From the NCBI GenBank assembly GCA_040220235.1, contig JAVJTO010000051.1: a stretch of 64,000 nucleotides of DNA, one strand, 5' to 3'. The stretch comes from Coleofasciculus sp. B1-GNL1-01. GTDB taxonomy: Bacteria > Cyanobacteriota > Cyanobacteriia > Cyanobacteriales > Coleofasciculaceae. Each line of letters opens with the position of its first letter. Within the stretch, counting starts at the first letter, position 1. The position numbers were made by a program, and so were the translations under genes. Under the pieces are notes generated by a model. It did no database searches, was not told where the DNA came from, and was given only the letters and a program-made list of their open reading frames with translations. Shown here one piece after another: positions 1 to 10,800 of the stretch.

Positions 1-79
1 GTAGGGGCGCACCGACGTGCGCCCTTTTCCCGACGTGCGCCCTTTTCCCGACGTGCGCCCTTTTCCCGACGTGCGCCCT
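1..79. repeat. GTAG-type palindrome with tandem 18-bp amplification of one arm
   Basis: GTAGGGGCGCACCGACGTGCGCCC followed by repeats of CCGACGTGCGCCCTTTTC; an inverted copy of the palindrome lies at ~19892-19915. Confidence 0.8.
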
Positions 80-91
80 TACTTATTCACC

Positions 92-658
92 TCAATTTTC
101 CATAATCCTCCATTCTCTTTCCTTAAGTTCTGCTAATTTCTCCAACAAACTTTCAGCTAAATCAAATAACTTAAACTCATCCTCTTCATCACCCGAATCG
201 CGGGTCATCTCTCCAACCGCAACCCCACCTGCCAAAATCGCGATCGCTTCATGCAGCCTATCCGATTCATCAGCAATACTCAAACACTCTTCCAACTGGG
301 CAATAATTTGAGCTAATCCCTCAGTTTCCATTTGCTGCTGCACTCGCATCGCTAAGGGATGATCACTGTCTCGCGCCCAAACTGCGGCGGGATAATCACT
401 CGCCAAAAAAGCACCGATAAATTCGACAATTGAGGTATCAATAAATGTCTGATCTGATGTTAAGGTGACAGAACTCTCTATCGTTGTTTCATCATCATCC
501 CATCTGTCTAACCAATCTCCCTCGATATCCTCAATATATAAATTCACAAAATCAAGTCCATGAGTCAGCCAATCCTGCTGCATTTTCCGGGATTTTTCCA
601 GCGCTTCAGAAAAAGCGCCTAAGTCATCATGACTGTAATTTTGTTGTTTGGTGACCAT
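92..658 (-). CDS. acidic hypothetical protein
   Basis: 188-aa ORF, co-oriented and closely spaced with 721..1413. Confidence 0.7.
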   Translation of the reverse strand: MVTKQQNYSHDDLGAFSEALEKSRKMQQDWLTHGLDFVNLYIEDIEGDWLDRWDDDETTIESSVTLTSDQTFIDTSIVEFIGAFLASDYPAAVWARDSDHPLAMRVQQQMETEGLAQIIAQLEECLSIADESDRLHEAIAILAGGVAVGEMTRDSGDEEDEFKLFDLAESLLEKLAELKEREWRIMEN

Positions 659-720
659 AAGTTAGATAGGAAATTCCGTTTGTGCTAAAAAAATTCGGTC
701 GTCAGAACCAATTTGCCCCG

Positions 721-1413
721 TTAGGGAAATTGGAGATAACGTCCCAGGGGAAGAAAGTCACTGTTATGAAGTGTTATTGTTACTAACTGCTCCAAAAAAT
801 CGGGTTTTCCAGGGTTATAACTTAGGAAAAGCCCTCTATCGATTACCCACATTTGTAGCGTATTTTGCCAATTTTCATATTTTTTTTGAGAATAGTTATT
901 ACTCACGCTAGTCACCTGAAGGCAAAGTGGTTTTCTTTGACGATAACTAACAATCAAATCGGTTGCCATAGAAAAATCGGCGATATAGCATCGCCAAACT
1001 GTACCCCCTCGACTCTCTATAGTTTGAACTATAGATTTAAGAATATCATCGTCTGCTGGACTGAACTCACTTGACATCAACTTTTGTTTCCAAATGTAAA
1101 ACTTTGGATCACTGCTATTTAGCCATTGGGGAAAAAGATAACCATACCAATATTGTTCCGTGGGTGTCATTTGCTCAAAGGCAGACTTCTGCAATTCTGG
1201 AGAGGATAAGCCTTTAAGCTTAAGCCAAACGTCAGCATCTCGAATCACCTCTAACAAAAACGCCATGACAAATTTTTTGGCAGTAAGTGAACCTGGTTTT
1301 ATGTCTTTCACCCAGCGGTTGATCTCATCTAACCGTTTTGCTAAACAGGGTTCTATTGATGATGCCTCTTTCATTAGGGATTTGAGTTGAGCCTTGATTT
1401 CTAGGGAATGCAC
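721..1413 (-). CDS. hypothetical protein, possible PD-(D/E)XK-like C-terminal fold
   Basis: 230-aa ORF; the ATDLIV...LCLQVTS segment resembles a restriction-endonuclease-like core. Confidence 0.65.
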   Translation of the reverse strand: MHSLEIKAQLKSLMKEASSIEPCLAKRLDEINRWVKDIKPGSLTAKKFVMAFLLEVIRDADVWLKLKGLSSPELQKSAFEQMTPTEQYWYGYLFPQWLNSSDPKFYIWKQKLMSSEFSPADDDILKSIVQTIESRGGTVWRCYIADFSMATDLIVSYRQRKPLCLQVTSVSNNYSQKKYENWQNTLQMWVIDRGLFLSYNPGKPDFLEQLVTITLHNSDFLPLGRYLQFP

Positions 1414-1699
1414 ATGATTGCTCTATTTGTTGATAACGGGATGATGGTTGAATTTATTATATCTTACTTCGTCCCAAGTCTCTACTTGATTCGCCATTGA
1501 TTAAATTAACATAAAGAAACGCTGAGTTGTGCAAAAATTGGACTTATCAGGATGGGGTGATTTAGTTAATCAACTTTGTAATTGATTTAAAGGGTGTGAT
1601 GCAAGCGTTGATGGCGCTAAAGCGCAACTACGAACGATCATTTCTGTTGCTTATTCAGATTGCTGGGACTGTAGCCAATTAAGTAAGACTTGAGTGCTA

Positions 1700-1930
1700 C
1701 TAAAATAATGTTTGATCTCGCCGTACTTGACTAATTTGTAAATTTAACTCATTTTCAAAACGTCTGCGATACTTTAGCTCATTTTCCAAGGCTGATAATG
1801 CTTCCATCACGCAAATACTTGGCAGGGCGAATTGTACCGATGGTAAGGTACTCTCTAACAGAGTATTGGCTTGCGGATCACGCCCAGTACAAATACTCAT
1901 CAAAAAATTAGTCTCCAAGTAAAGTATCAC
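1700..1930 (-). pseudogene. truncated PIN-domain protein (N-terminal part)
   Basis: (V)ILYLETNFLM...LPSICVMEA matches the start of a PIN fold; overlaps the stop of the upstream gene and ends after ~76 aa. Confidence 0.55.
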
Positions 1931-2390
1931 CCGCAATCTCCACGTCACTTTTGGTGCTTCCATCTTCTAGCTGCTGCAACAAACCAATAGCCGCTAACTC
2001 CTTAGTTGCTGGCGGTGTGACGGACTTCCAGTGATAGGCTAAGTCTCGCAGCCAAGACTCAATTAATGCTTCTAGATAATCTCCATCAATGGTTTGATTG
2101 TCACAGCTTGGATCATAGTAGTTTACTATATTTGTTGTTTTTAGGGAACAGATAGCCTCAGACCAATTGACGCCATCCCATTGAACAATTTGAATCGTTT
2201 CGGGGTCAACTAGCATCGCGAATGGAACCACGGTTTGTGTGGCTTTTAGGTAGGAGGTAAATTGAGAGAGGGTAAGCTTAACCACACGGCTACCTCTGAC
2301 ATCAGCAACTAGAATAACTCGTCCCTGTTTGTCTAAGGCAATTACATCAGCGGAGATTTGATGACGGAATATCGGATTGGCGGTTTCCAT
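1908..2390 (-). CDS. hypothetical protein, restriction-endonuclease-like fold, partner of the PIN gene
   Basis: 160 aa; ADVIALDKQGRVILVADVR; ESWLRDLAYHWKS. Confidence 0.7.
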   Translation of the reverse strand: METANPIFRHQISADVIALDKQGRVILVADVRGSRVVKLTLSQFTSYLKATQTVVPFAMLVDPETIQIVQWDGVNWSEAICSLKTTNIVNYYDPSCDNQTIDGDYLEALIESWLRDLAYHWKSVTPPATKELAAIGLLQQLEDGSTKSDVEIAGDTLLGD

Positions 2391-2416
2391 AGGGTTGATG
2401 GGTGATGGGTGATTGG

Positions 2417-3013
2417 TTATAGTTTAACAACAATGGGTTGACAATCTAATCCTTTGGCTGCTGTTGATTTTTCTTCACACTCAATCGGATTCGGCTGAAA
2501 TAACAGTTTCAAATTAGTCGTATCTTCAGGAACTTCAAACACAAGCTGTCCCTCTCGTTGATCGCCGGGACTAATTTCACCTGTCGGTGTTTCAATATCA
2601 TCTAATGCACTGGCTAAAAGCGCCACTTCGTAGGTGTTATTGTTGCTATCAATGATTTCAAAGGAAACGACGGAAAAGGTTTGTGATTGTTGTCCTTGAT
2701 TAACAATTGTTGTATCGACTACCACCCACTGATTTCCTTTATTGGGTTGAATCACACCTTTTCCGGGATGCACCCTAGTGCTGTTAACGGTAAATTGGAG
2801 ATTGAGATTGTTTTGACTGATGGAAATGACTTCACCTACCGAATGGGTTGGTGCTGAAATGGGCTTGGTTGCAGGAGATTCAGTCGTTTCCTCAGACGTG
2901 CGATCGCGGCTTTCAATCGTCTCAGGATTTTCTTCTGACGGAGAACATCCGAGGGCGATGGTGAGGAAGGTAATCGACGCGATCGCACCGATTCTTTTTA
3001 GCGTTTTATACAT
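2417..3013 (-). CDS. DUF4352-type lipoprotein
   Basis: lipobox-like IALGC, then a beta-rich domain ending GEISPGDQREGQLVFEVP. Confidence 0.8.
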   Translation of the reverse strand: MYKTLKRIGAIASITFLTIALGCSPSEENPETIESRDRTSEETTESPATKPISAPTHSVGEVISISQNNLNLQFTVNSTRVHPGKGVIQPNKGNQWVVVDTTIVNQGQQSQTFSVVSFEIIDSNNNTYEVALLASALDDIETPTGEISPGDQREGQLVFEVPEDTTNLKLLFQPNPIECEEKSTAAKGLDCQPIVVKL

Positions 3014-3087
3014 ACTTATTCATCTTTGTCAATATGAGCAAGAAGAAGAAACTGGTAGAAGGCAGGAGGTAAAAGTTATACCTTATT

Positions 3088-3152
3088 GTAGGGGCAGGTT
3101 TAGCCGTTTAATTGATGGGTATACCGATAACTTATCAACAAAACCCGCCCTC
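3088..3152. repeat. GTAG(G)GGCGGGTTT-N~38-AAACCCGCCC dispersed element
   Basis: same inverted arms at 9611-9677, 39577-39641, 42969-43035 and 63406-63467. Confidence 0.75.
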
Positions 3153-3200
3153 TTGTCGTTTCGATTTGAGACAAATGACAAATGACAAATGACGAATCTC

Positions 3201-5048
3201 CTAACTTCCCAACATCTGCAACTTATATAAAGCCGCATACAAACCATTCTGTTGCAACAGGTGTTCATGAGAACCAGATTCTACCAACTCACCCCGTTTA
3301 AGCACCAAAATTCGGTTTACATTGCGAATGGTTGAAAGACGGTGGGCGATAATAATTGCCGTGCGTTTTTCCAATAAATGATCAAGGGCTTGTTGAATTA
3401 ACGCTTCGGTTCCCACATCTAAACTCGCCGTCGCTTCATCTAACACCAAAATTTGCGGATCACGAATCGCCGCCCGGGCAAATGCCAATAACTGCTTTTG
3501 ACCCCCAGAAAGGTTGGTTCCCCTCTCCCGGAGTTGGGTATCATAGCCTTGAGGAAGTTGTTCAATAAATTGATCAACATTTGTGGATTCCGCCGCCGCT
3601 TTCACTTGTTCAATCGAGTAGTCTTCGCCCAAGGTAATATTACTTTTAACATCCCCAGCAAACAAAAATCCCTCTTGCAGAATAACCGCCATCTGACGCC
3701 GTAATTCAGCTTGTGGCAAATCTCGAATATCAATTCCATCCACTAAGATTCGTCCCTTTGTGGGTTCATAGAGGCGACACAACAAGCGAATAATCGAACT
3801 CTTTCCCGCACCTGTGGGACCCACTAACGCCACTTTTTCTCCAGGGCGAATGGTAAAATCTAAGTCCTTGAGAACATAGTCATCTTCTTTATAGGCAAAC
3901 CAGACATCTTCAAAGCGAATTTCACCTCTATGCGCTGTTATTTCTCCCTTACCATTGGTTCTCGATTGTTCTGAAACTAACGCCGCCTGGGATAACTCTG
4001 GATCACGAATTTCAATCGGCTCATGCATAATATCACTCACCCGTTCAAGTGCCGTGAATCCAGCTTGGAACATGGTAAACTTGTCAGCAAACTGACGCAG
4101 CGGATTAAACAAACGCTGGGCGTAGAGAATAAAGGCAGATAAGACCCCAAAACTGAGATTATCTTGCAGAATTAACCAACCACCTAACCATAATACAGCC
4201 GCGATCGCCACTAAAGAAATCCACTCTAATGTGGCGGATACAGCAGAATCGTGAAAGATGGTTTTATCGACTTCCGCCACATAGCGCTGGTTCACCTCCC
4301 GAAACATTTCAGCATTCACTTGTTCCCGGCGAAATAGTTGAACAATATTAATTCCAGCGATATTTTCTTGCAGCATTGAGTTGAGTGTGGAGAGTTCTTC
4401 TCTGGCTATATAATTCGCTTTTCGATATTGTCGCTGAAAGTAGATGATCAGTCCGGTAACTGGAAATAGCATTAAGATCAGAATTAACGCCAATTGCCAT
4501 TGTAGGGAAAACATAAAAATGGCAATAACCAGCATTGTGAAAATATCATTGAGAATGCCAATGGCACCACTGGAAAAGACTAATCCTAATGCTTCTACAT
4601 CGCTGGTGATCCGGGTAATCAGTTTTCCCACCGGGGTTCGGTCAAAAAATCGCACCGCCAGGGAGGTAATATGGTCGAACAAATCATTGCGAATCCCGGC
4701 GGTAATTTGCTGACCTAAGTTTTCTTCCAGGAATTTCTGAAAAATGCTACAGGATAATCGGATAATGATACTCAGTAACAACAGAGTTGCCAGAATATTA
4801 ATGCCTTCTGATAAAGAACGATTATCCAGAAACCACCAGGTTTCTTCTTGACGAATCAAGGAAACCGCTTGCCCAATAATTAAGGGTTGAATAGCGCCTA
4901 GAATGGATACGGGAACGAGTAAAATAATCGCTGTAATCAGTAGGCGCTTTTTAGTCAGCGCGTAAGGAACCAATCTCCGGAAAAGTCGCCAATCGGTTTC
5001 CCCGCGTCGGTTAGTACGTCTAGATGTTGGTGATGATGCCTTAGTCAT
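3201..5048 (-). CDS. ABC transporter ATP-binding/permease (MdlB-like exporter)
   Basis: TM domain, Walker A GPTGAGKS, signature LSGGQKQ, Walker B ILVLDEAT. Confidence 0.95.
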   Translation of the reverse strand: MTKASSPTSRRTNRRGETDWRLFRRLVPYALTKKRLLITAIILLVPVSILGAIQPLIIGQAVSLIRQEETWWFLDNRSLSEGINILATLLLLSIIIRLSCSIFQKFLEENLGQQITAGIRNDLFDHITSLAVRFFDRTPVGKLITRITSDVEALGLVFSSGAIGILNDIFTMLVIAIFMFSLQWQLALILILMLFPVTGLIIYFQRQYRKANYIAREELSTLNSMLQENIAGINIVQLFRREQVNAEMFREVNQRYVAEVDKTIFHDSAVSATLEWISLVAIAAVLWLGGWLILQDNLSFGVLSAFILYAQRLFNPLRQFADKFTMFQAGFTALERVSDIMHEPIEIRDPELSQAALVSEQSRTNGKGEITAHRGEIRFEDVWFAYKEDDYVLKDLDFTIRPGEKVALVGPTGAGKSSIIRLLCRLYEPTKGRILVDGIDIRDLPQAELRRQMAVILQEGFLFAGDVKSNITLGEDYSIEQVKAAAESTNVDQFIEQLPQGYDTQLRERGTNLSGGQKQLLAFARAAIRDPQILVLDEATASLDVGTEALIQQALDHLLEKRTAIIIAHRLSTIRNVNRILVLKRGELVESGSHEHLLQQNGLYAALYKLQMLGS

Positions 5049-5677
5049 AGTAAACCCTGGTTTGTAAAAGTCATACAGTCATACATTTGTACATTCATAC
5101 ATTCGTAGGGGCGAAACCTTCGCACCCCTATTTTTCAGTTCTACCGCTCAATTTTCGCCGCCAATGCTTCGCCCAGTAAAATTATAAAGTTTCGTCGCCA
5201 ATACTTTTTCCATGATAGGATTCTGTCTCTACAATTGGAAATCGTTCTCCCGATAGATACGCCGGAAAAGGCGGCTGAAAATACGTCCAATATATCATTC
5301 TAAATTAAACTATTCAGATAACTTCATACTCATTCCTGATAAAGGATTGACAAAACCCGAACATTGACAGTCAGAGGATTGTTAACTGTTCAAGGTGTGG
5401 GTACCGGGAACCGTCTTCTAGCATACAGGTTAACCTATCTGGGCAGATTCTGGAGGAGTTCGTCGTGGCGCTGTCTTCGCCTTAAAGTCAGACACTGACT
5501 ACAAACGCTGAAGTCAGCAACATTCTCGGTAGGTGTGTCAACCCGCCTCGACAAGCGCCGGATGTATTTCTTTCCAAGATAACGGATCGAGATACACCCG
5601 TACAGTGGAGTCAATTTAGCAATTTAGAGGTAAAATTGAGATGGAATTATCCAGTATTAGAAGCAGGAGAAACAAGA

Positions 5678-5998
5678 ATGGCTCAATCAAAATCCAATCC
5701 TACAGTACATCGTCGAGGCAGAGTATTTTCTGAGATTCAATGGTCTCCGGAAAAAATAGCCCATTGGAAATCGGAAAAGGAAGAATTGTATCAGCGTTGT
5801 CAATTAATTTTTGACCGATTAAAGCCGGAACTATTTAGTAAGTATAACAATGGGTATGTCGTGATTGAGCCAAATAGTGAAACCTATATTATAGACTTCA
5901 ATGAGATTACACTCCTGCAAAAGGTGCTTCAAACTTATCCTCACACCCAAACCTTTATGTTTAAGGTGAATAAAACTGGAGTATTCGGCACAATATGA
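5678..5998 (+). CDS. small hypothetical protein coupled to an aspartyl protease gene
   Basis: ATG at 5678 after AGGAG; stop overlaps the next start (ATGA). Confidence 0.7.
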   Translation: MAQSKSNPTVHRRGRVFSEIQWSPEKIAHWKSEKEELYQRCQLIFDRLKPELFSKYNNGYVVIEPNSETYIIDFNEITLLQKVLQTYPHTQTFMFKVNKTGVFGTI

Positions 5999-6366
5999 TT
6001 GAGGGGAAATTTGGAGATAATGAGGAGTTGATTTTTCAAATCGAGATCATTGCGGCTGAAGGATTAGAATTCGAGATCGATGCTATTTTAGACACAGGCT
6101 TTTCCGAGTGGCTGGCAATTGATAAGCAGGATGTAGATGAGCTAGGTTGGCTTTATGTTACAAACCAGTCAATGCAGACAGCACGCAGCTTTGATAAGTT
6201 TGACATCTATTTAGGGAAAGTTCGCATAGACAAACAAGAGTTTGATATTCCTGTTCATGCAGCTATCGGAGTTACGGATATTTTGCTGGGTCGTAAGTGG
6301 TTAAGAAATCGGCAGTTATTAGTGGATATGGCTTCAGGAGTGTTGACTTTGGGAGAAAATCAATGA
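5995..6366 (+). CDS. clan AA (retropepsin-like) aspartyl protease
   Basis: AILDTGFSEWL catalytic motif; C-terminal ILLGRKWL. Confidence 0.85.
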   Translation: MIEGKFGDNEELIFQIEIIAAEGLEFEIDAILDTGFSEWLAIDKQDVDELGWLYVTNQSMQTARSFDKFDIYLGKVRIDKQEFDIPVHAAIGVTDILLGRKWLRNRQLLVDMASGVLTLGENQ

Positions 6367-6417
6367 TTATCCTCACAACTTATGCTGACGAACTCAAACA
6401 AATTTTCTTCAGTCTGA

Positions 6418-7284
6418 TTACTCATGAATTCTGCCATCGGGTAAAATAGCGCCTGATAAAATAGCCCCTGTTAATTTTACTAACAATCGGTCGCCTGTCC
6501 CCACTTTAGCGCCGCGTAAATCTGCACCACTTAAATCCGCACCACTCAAATCCGCACCAATTAAATTCGCATCCCGTAAATTTGCCTGAACTAAACAGGC
6601 TTGAAATAAGTTAGCGCGAAACAAATTTGCTCCTTCTAAATTCGCACCTGTGAGATTCACATTATGTAAAAATGCGTCCGTCAGGTTAGCTTGACTGAGA
6701 TTGGCATTACTAAGATTACGTCCAGATAAGTCTTTTTCTTTCAGATCAACCCCCTGAAAATTACTACCACTGAGATCAGGCTGCGATCGCGGGCGCTGGG
6801 ATTGCGATCGCGTTCTGGGTTGGTAGTAGTTCCTGGATGAGGAGGGCGGTTGCTTCGGTTCTCTGGGTTGGTAGTAGTTCCTAGATGAGGAGGGCGGTTG
6901 CTTCGGTTCTCTGGGTTGGTAGTAGTTCCTGGATGAGGAGGGCGGTTGCTTCGGTTCTCTGGATTGGTAGTAACGCCGTGATTGAGTGGGTTCTCGTCGG
7001 GGCGATTTAGCACGGTAATAATAAGTATTAGACGCCGATTTGCGCGGCGGTGAGGATGGGGGTTTGGGGGTTTTGGGTTTTTGCGATCGCAGTTCGTCTC
7101 GCGCTTGGTTAATTTCCTTGAGTTTGGCTTCAGCTTTCTGGCGCAAGCGCTGATTGTCCTCGGGGACGCGATCCGGGTGCCAAATAAATGCCAAGTCTTT
7201 ATAGGCTTGGTTCACGTCTTCTAGGGAAGCTCCGGGTTCTAGTCCCAGTATTCTGTAGTAGTGGTCTAAGTTGTTAGATGACAT
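6418..7284 (-). CDS. DnaJ-domain + pentapeptide-repeat protein
   Basis: J domain with HPD; C-terminal A(D/N)LxG repeats. Confidence 0.9.
   Translation of the reverse strand: MSSNNLDHYYRILGLEPGASLEDVNQAYKDLAFIWHPDRVPEDNQRLRQKAEAKLKEINQARDELRSQKPKTPKPPSSPPRKSASNTYYYRAKSPRREPTQSRRYYQSREPKQPPSSSRNYYQPREPKQPPSSSRNYYQPREPKQPPSSSRNYYQPRTRSQSQRPRSQPDLSGSNFQGVDLKEKDLSGRNLSNANLSQANLTDAFLHNVNLTGANLEGANLFRANLFQACLVQANLRDANLIGADLSGADLSGADLRGAKVGTGDRLLVKLTGAILSGAILPDGRIHE
6813..6971. repeat. 48-bp in-frame tandem repeat (~3 units)
   Basis: encodes repeated REPKQPPSSSRNYYQP. Confidence 0.85.
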
Positions 7285-7870
7285 TGCCGTTTAGCACCTG
7301 TTGAGCCGTTAGCACAAGGTTGGGGAATCAATCAGAGTGAATGCGATCGCTCCTCTTATATTCTGTCGGGTCATACCAACCTTCGACCAAGGTGAGGCGC
7401 GTGACTTTGGGAGCATGTCACCTTTGTAGGTTGGGTTGAGGAACGTAGGCTCTCGCCTTCTCGTACTCCGGAGGAGAACCCGAAGGGTAGAGTAACCCAA
7501 CGAGAGCAGACTAACTTGGACATGGCAGGTTAGGAGCTTGGTGGATAGTTCTAGTGTATGGGGTTATTGCCCAAATCTTCACGACCGATGAGTTGAACAT
7601 AAACCTCCATGGTATTACCGTAAGGGAGTTCAGAGTCACCAACGATAATAGAAGCGTTTCCAGGTTTATCAGTCTTGCCCTCCCGACATTCTGCCTTTTC
7701 CTATCGTTTAAGGGACTAACCAATTCTTAAGTTGTAAGTTTTGGATATTGACAAAGTGTCCACACAGGCTAATTCGGGGATAGTTAGCTTCAATGAGAAT
7801 AAGTGGTCAGATTTTTTGCTCCTTTTTCCCTGAACTCACTACAATAAATACATGATGTAGGAGTGAAGAC

Positions 7871-10800
7871 TTGAACGATTTTACTCTAGCCAATCAGGAG
7901 TCTTTAGATGAATTAGCCTGGGCAATGGAAGCCTGTCAGGGACAGTTTTGCCTGATGTTGGCGCGTTGTAACTATGGGTATTTGCAACAACGCCTGATCC
8001 AGCAACTGCAAGACGAATGCACCTTCGACATCCGACTTATTCACCTGAAGCCAGACGACAAAACCCTATTTAGCACCGTGCGATCGCAACTCGGACAGGA
8101 GATGCCTTCTGCCCTTATGGTATCTGGCTTTGCCACTTTAGACAATCTGGACGATATGTTCGCGGCGATGAATCAGGTGCGGGAGGAGTTTCGCAAGAAT
8201 TTCCCCTTTCCTTTTATCCTATGGATGAATGATCTGGTTTATATTCGACTAATGAGAATTGCACCAGATTTCGAGAGTTGGGCAACAACAACCGCGTTTG
8301 CGATACCAACGGATGAGTTAATTAATAGTCTCCAGCAGGCTGTAAAGTCCCTATTTTCTAAAGCTTTAGCCGTCAATTCCCCTCAATCTTTATCTCAGTT
8401 AACCAAAAATTTAGACCTCGGTTACTTAACTCGTTCAGAATTCGAGTTAGCCTTAAAAGAATTATCCCAGCGCGAGATCGAGTTAACCCCCCAGTTTGCA
8501 GCCGATTTAGCATTTCTACGAGGAATAAATGCGGGGGATAGTCCAGAAGCCTTAGATTATCTTCAAAAAAGCCTAGAATTTTGGCAACAACAAACCGATG
8601 GCGGGGCGGGTTTTACCTTAAAAGTAGGGTTAGTATTATTTCAAATTGGACTCTACCACTATCACACCGTTAACCGCAAAAAACACCGCCAAGCAAATTG
8701 GCAAACCGCCAAGATCCCTTTACAGCAATGTCTAGAACTATTTGAACGAGAAAATCGTCCCGATTTAGTGGCAAAATGCATTACCCAACTCGAACGAGTT
8801 TTGCAACGGATGCAATCTTGGGATGAATTAGAACAAGTGGTACAAAAGGCGTTATCGTTGCATCAACGGTATAGCAGTATCAGTAGATTAGCCCAAGATT
8901 ATAGCTTTTTAGCCGAAGTCACCTTACAACAACAACGCTGGGAAGATAGTCGTCAAGCCGCACAACAAGCTGAGGATATTTTAGCCCAACTCCCCGAACA
9001 GAAGCGATGGTTTCAGGGATTAAACTTGCTATTTCTAGCCCAAGCGGAACGCCAGTTAGGGAATAAACAGGACGCGATCGCGCATTTGGTGCAAGCCAGA
9101 GATTTAGGTGATAAAGGACATCCTTTAGTTTATATCCGAATTTTAGCCGAATTACGCGATCTTTACTTTGAAGAAAAGCACTATTTAGAAGCTTTTGCTA
9201 TAAAGCAACTACGGCGTTCTATTGAACAACAATATAGTATTTGCGCCTTTATTGGTGCGGGAAGACTACAACCACACCGACAAGAAGCGTCAGCCAAAAC
9301 CGATAATCAAGAAACAGTTGCACCGGAAATTATCGCATCAGGGCGACAGCGGGATTTAGAGCGATTATTGGAACGAATTGGACGGAATGACTGTAAGCTA
9401 ATCGTGATTCATGGACTATCTGGTGTGGGCAAAAGTTCCCTCGTGAATGCGGGATTAATACCAGCGTTGAAGCACAGAGTTATTGGTATTCAAAATAATT
9501 TACCTCTTTTAATCCGAGTTTATACCAATTGGCTAGAGGACTTGAGCAAGCAATTAGCAACAAATTTCGTAACGGATGAGTTAGAGGAAGGAAAAACGGC
9601 AAATAATCCTGTAGAGGCGGGTTTAGACGATAACCTTTCTAGAAAACCACTAACCTCTCAACAAAACCCGCCCTCACCTTTTCAGGATGTAGACAATAAC
9701 ATCTCCAGAAAAACACCAACCTCCTTCCAAAACCCGTCCTACGCCAAAATACTGGAACAATTACGGCAAAATGAACAGCACAATATCAGGACGGTGCTAA
9801 TTTTTGACCAGTTTGAAGAATTCTTCTTTGTTTATCCCAATTTAGCGCAACGGCGACCTTTTTGGGACTTTTTAGGAGACTGTCTAAATATTTTATCAGT
9901 TAAAGTAATTCTATCGCTGCGGGAGGATTACCTGCATTATCTTTTGGAGTGCAATCGCCTCGATAGCATGAACGTCATTGGTCATGACATTTTAGGTAAA
10001 AATGTGCTATATGGATTAGGGAATTTTTCACCCGCAGATGCTCGATCAATTATAGAAGATTTAACCACGCGATCGCGCTTTTACCTAGAACCTGCCTTAA
10101 TTGATCAACTGGTCAAGGATTTAGCGGGTCAAACGGGGGAAATATTACCCATTGAGTTACAGATTGTTGGGGCGCAACTGCAAGCGGAAAACATTAAAAC
10201 TTTGGCTGACTATCGAGAGGTAGGAACGAAAGGGGAATTAGTCAAGCACTATGTCGAAGCTGTGATTGAGGATTGTGGTATTGAGAATCGACAAGCAGCG
10301 GAATTAGTGCTGTATTTACTGACGGATGAAAAGGGAACTCGCCCGCTAAAGACTCGCGCTGAATTAGAACGGGATTTAAAGGAGTTAGTTGATGAGTTAA
10401 CGGCAGACGCGAGTAAATTAGATTTGGTACTCAGGATTTTTGTTGAATCGGGATTAGTGTTTCTATTACCAGAGATTCCGGCGGATCGCTATCAATTAGT
10501 TCATGATTATCTAGCCGCGTTTATTCGTCAGCAGCAACAACTCGGATTATTAGTGGAATTGGCAGAAGCAAGGGAAAAGCAGAAGTTAACCGAAGCTCAA
10601 TTAAGGCAAGCACTAAAAGAGAAAGAAGCGGCATTACATAAAGAACAACAGGAACGTCAACGGGCAAAACTGGCAGAATATGAAGCATTAAATTCCTTAT
10701 CTCAGCTACTCTGGTCATCTCATGATCAGCTAGGAACTTTATTGGCTCTTGTCAAAGCGGGTAAAAAATTACAAGAGATAGCCGATTTGGTGTCATCAGA

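Noticed and set aside
1..79. Possible CRISPR array
   Set aside because: Head-to-tail 18-bp repeats with no spacers; no cas genes in the window.
5340..5620. Possible ncRNA in the intergenic region before the protease pair
   Set aside because: The central part is a degenerate copy of the GTTTGTAGT...GGCGAAGACAGCGCC repeat also seen near 45257; I recognised no RNA family motif.
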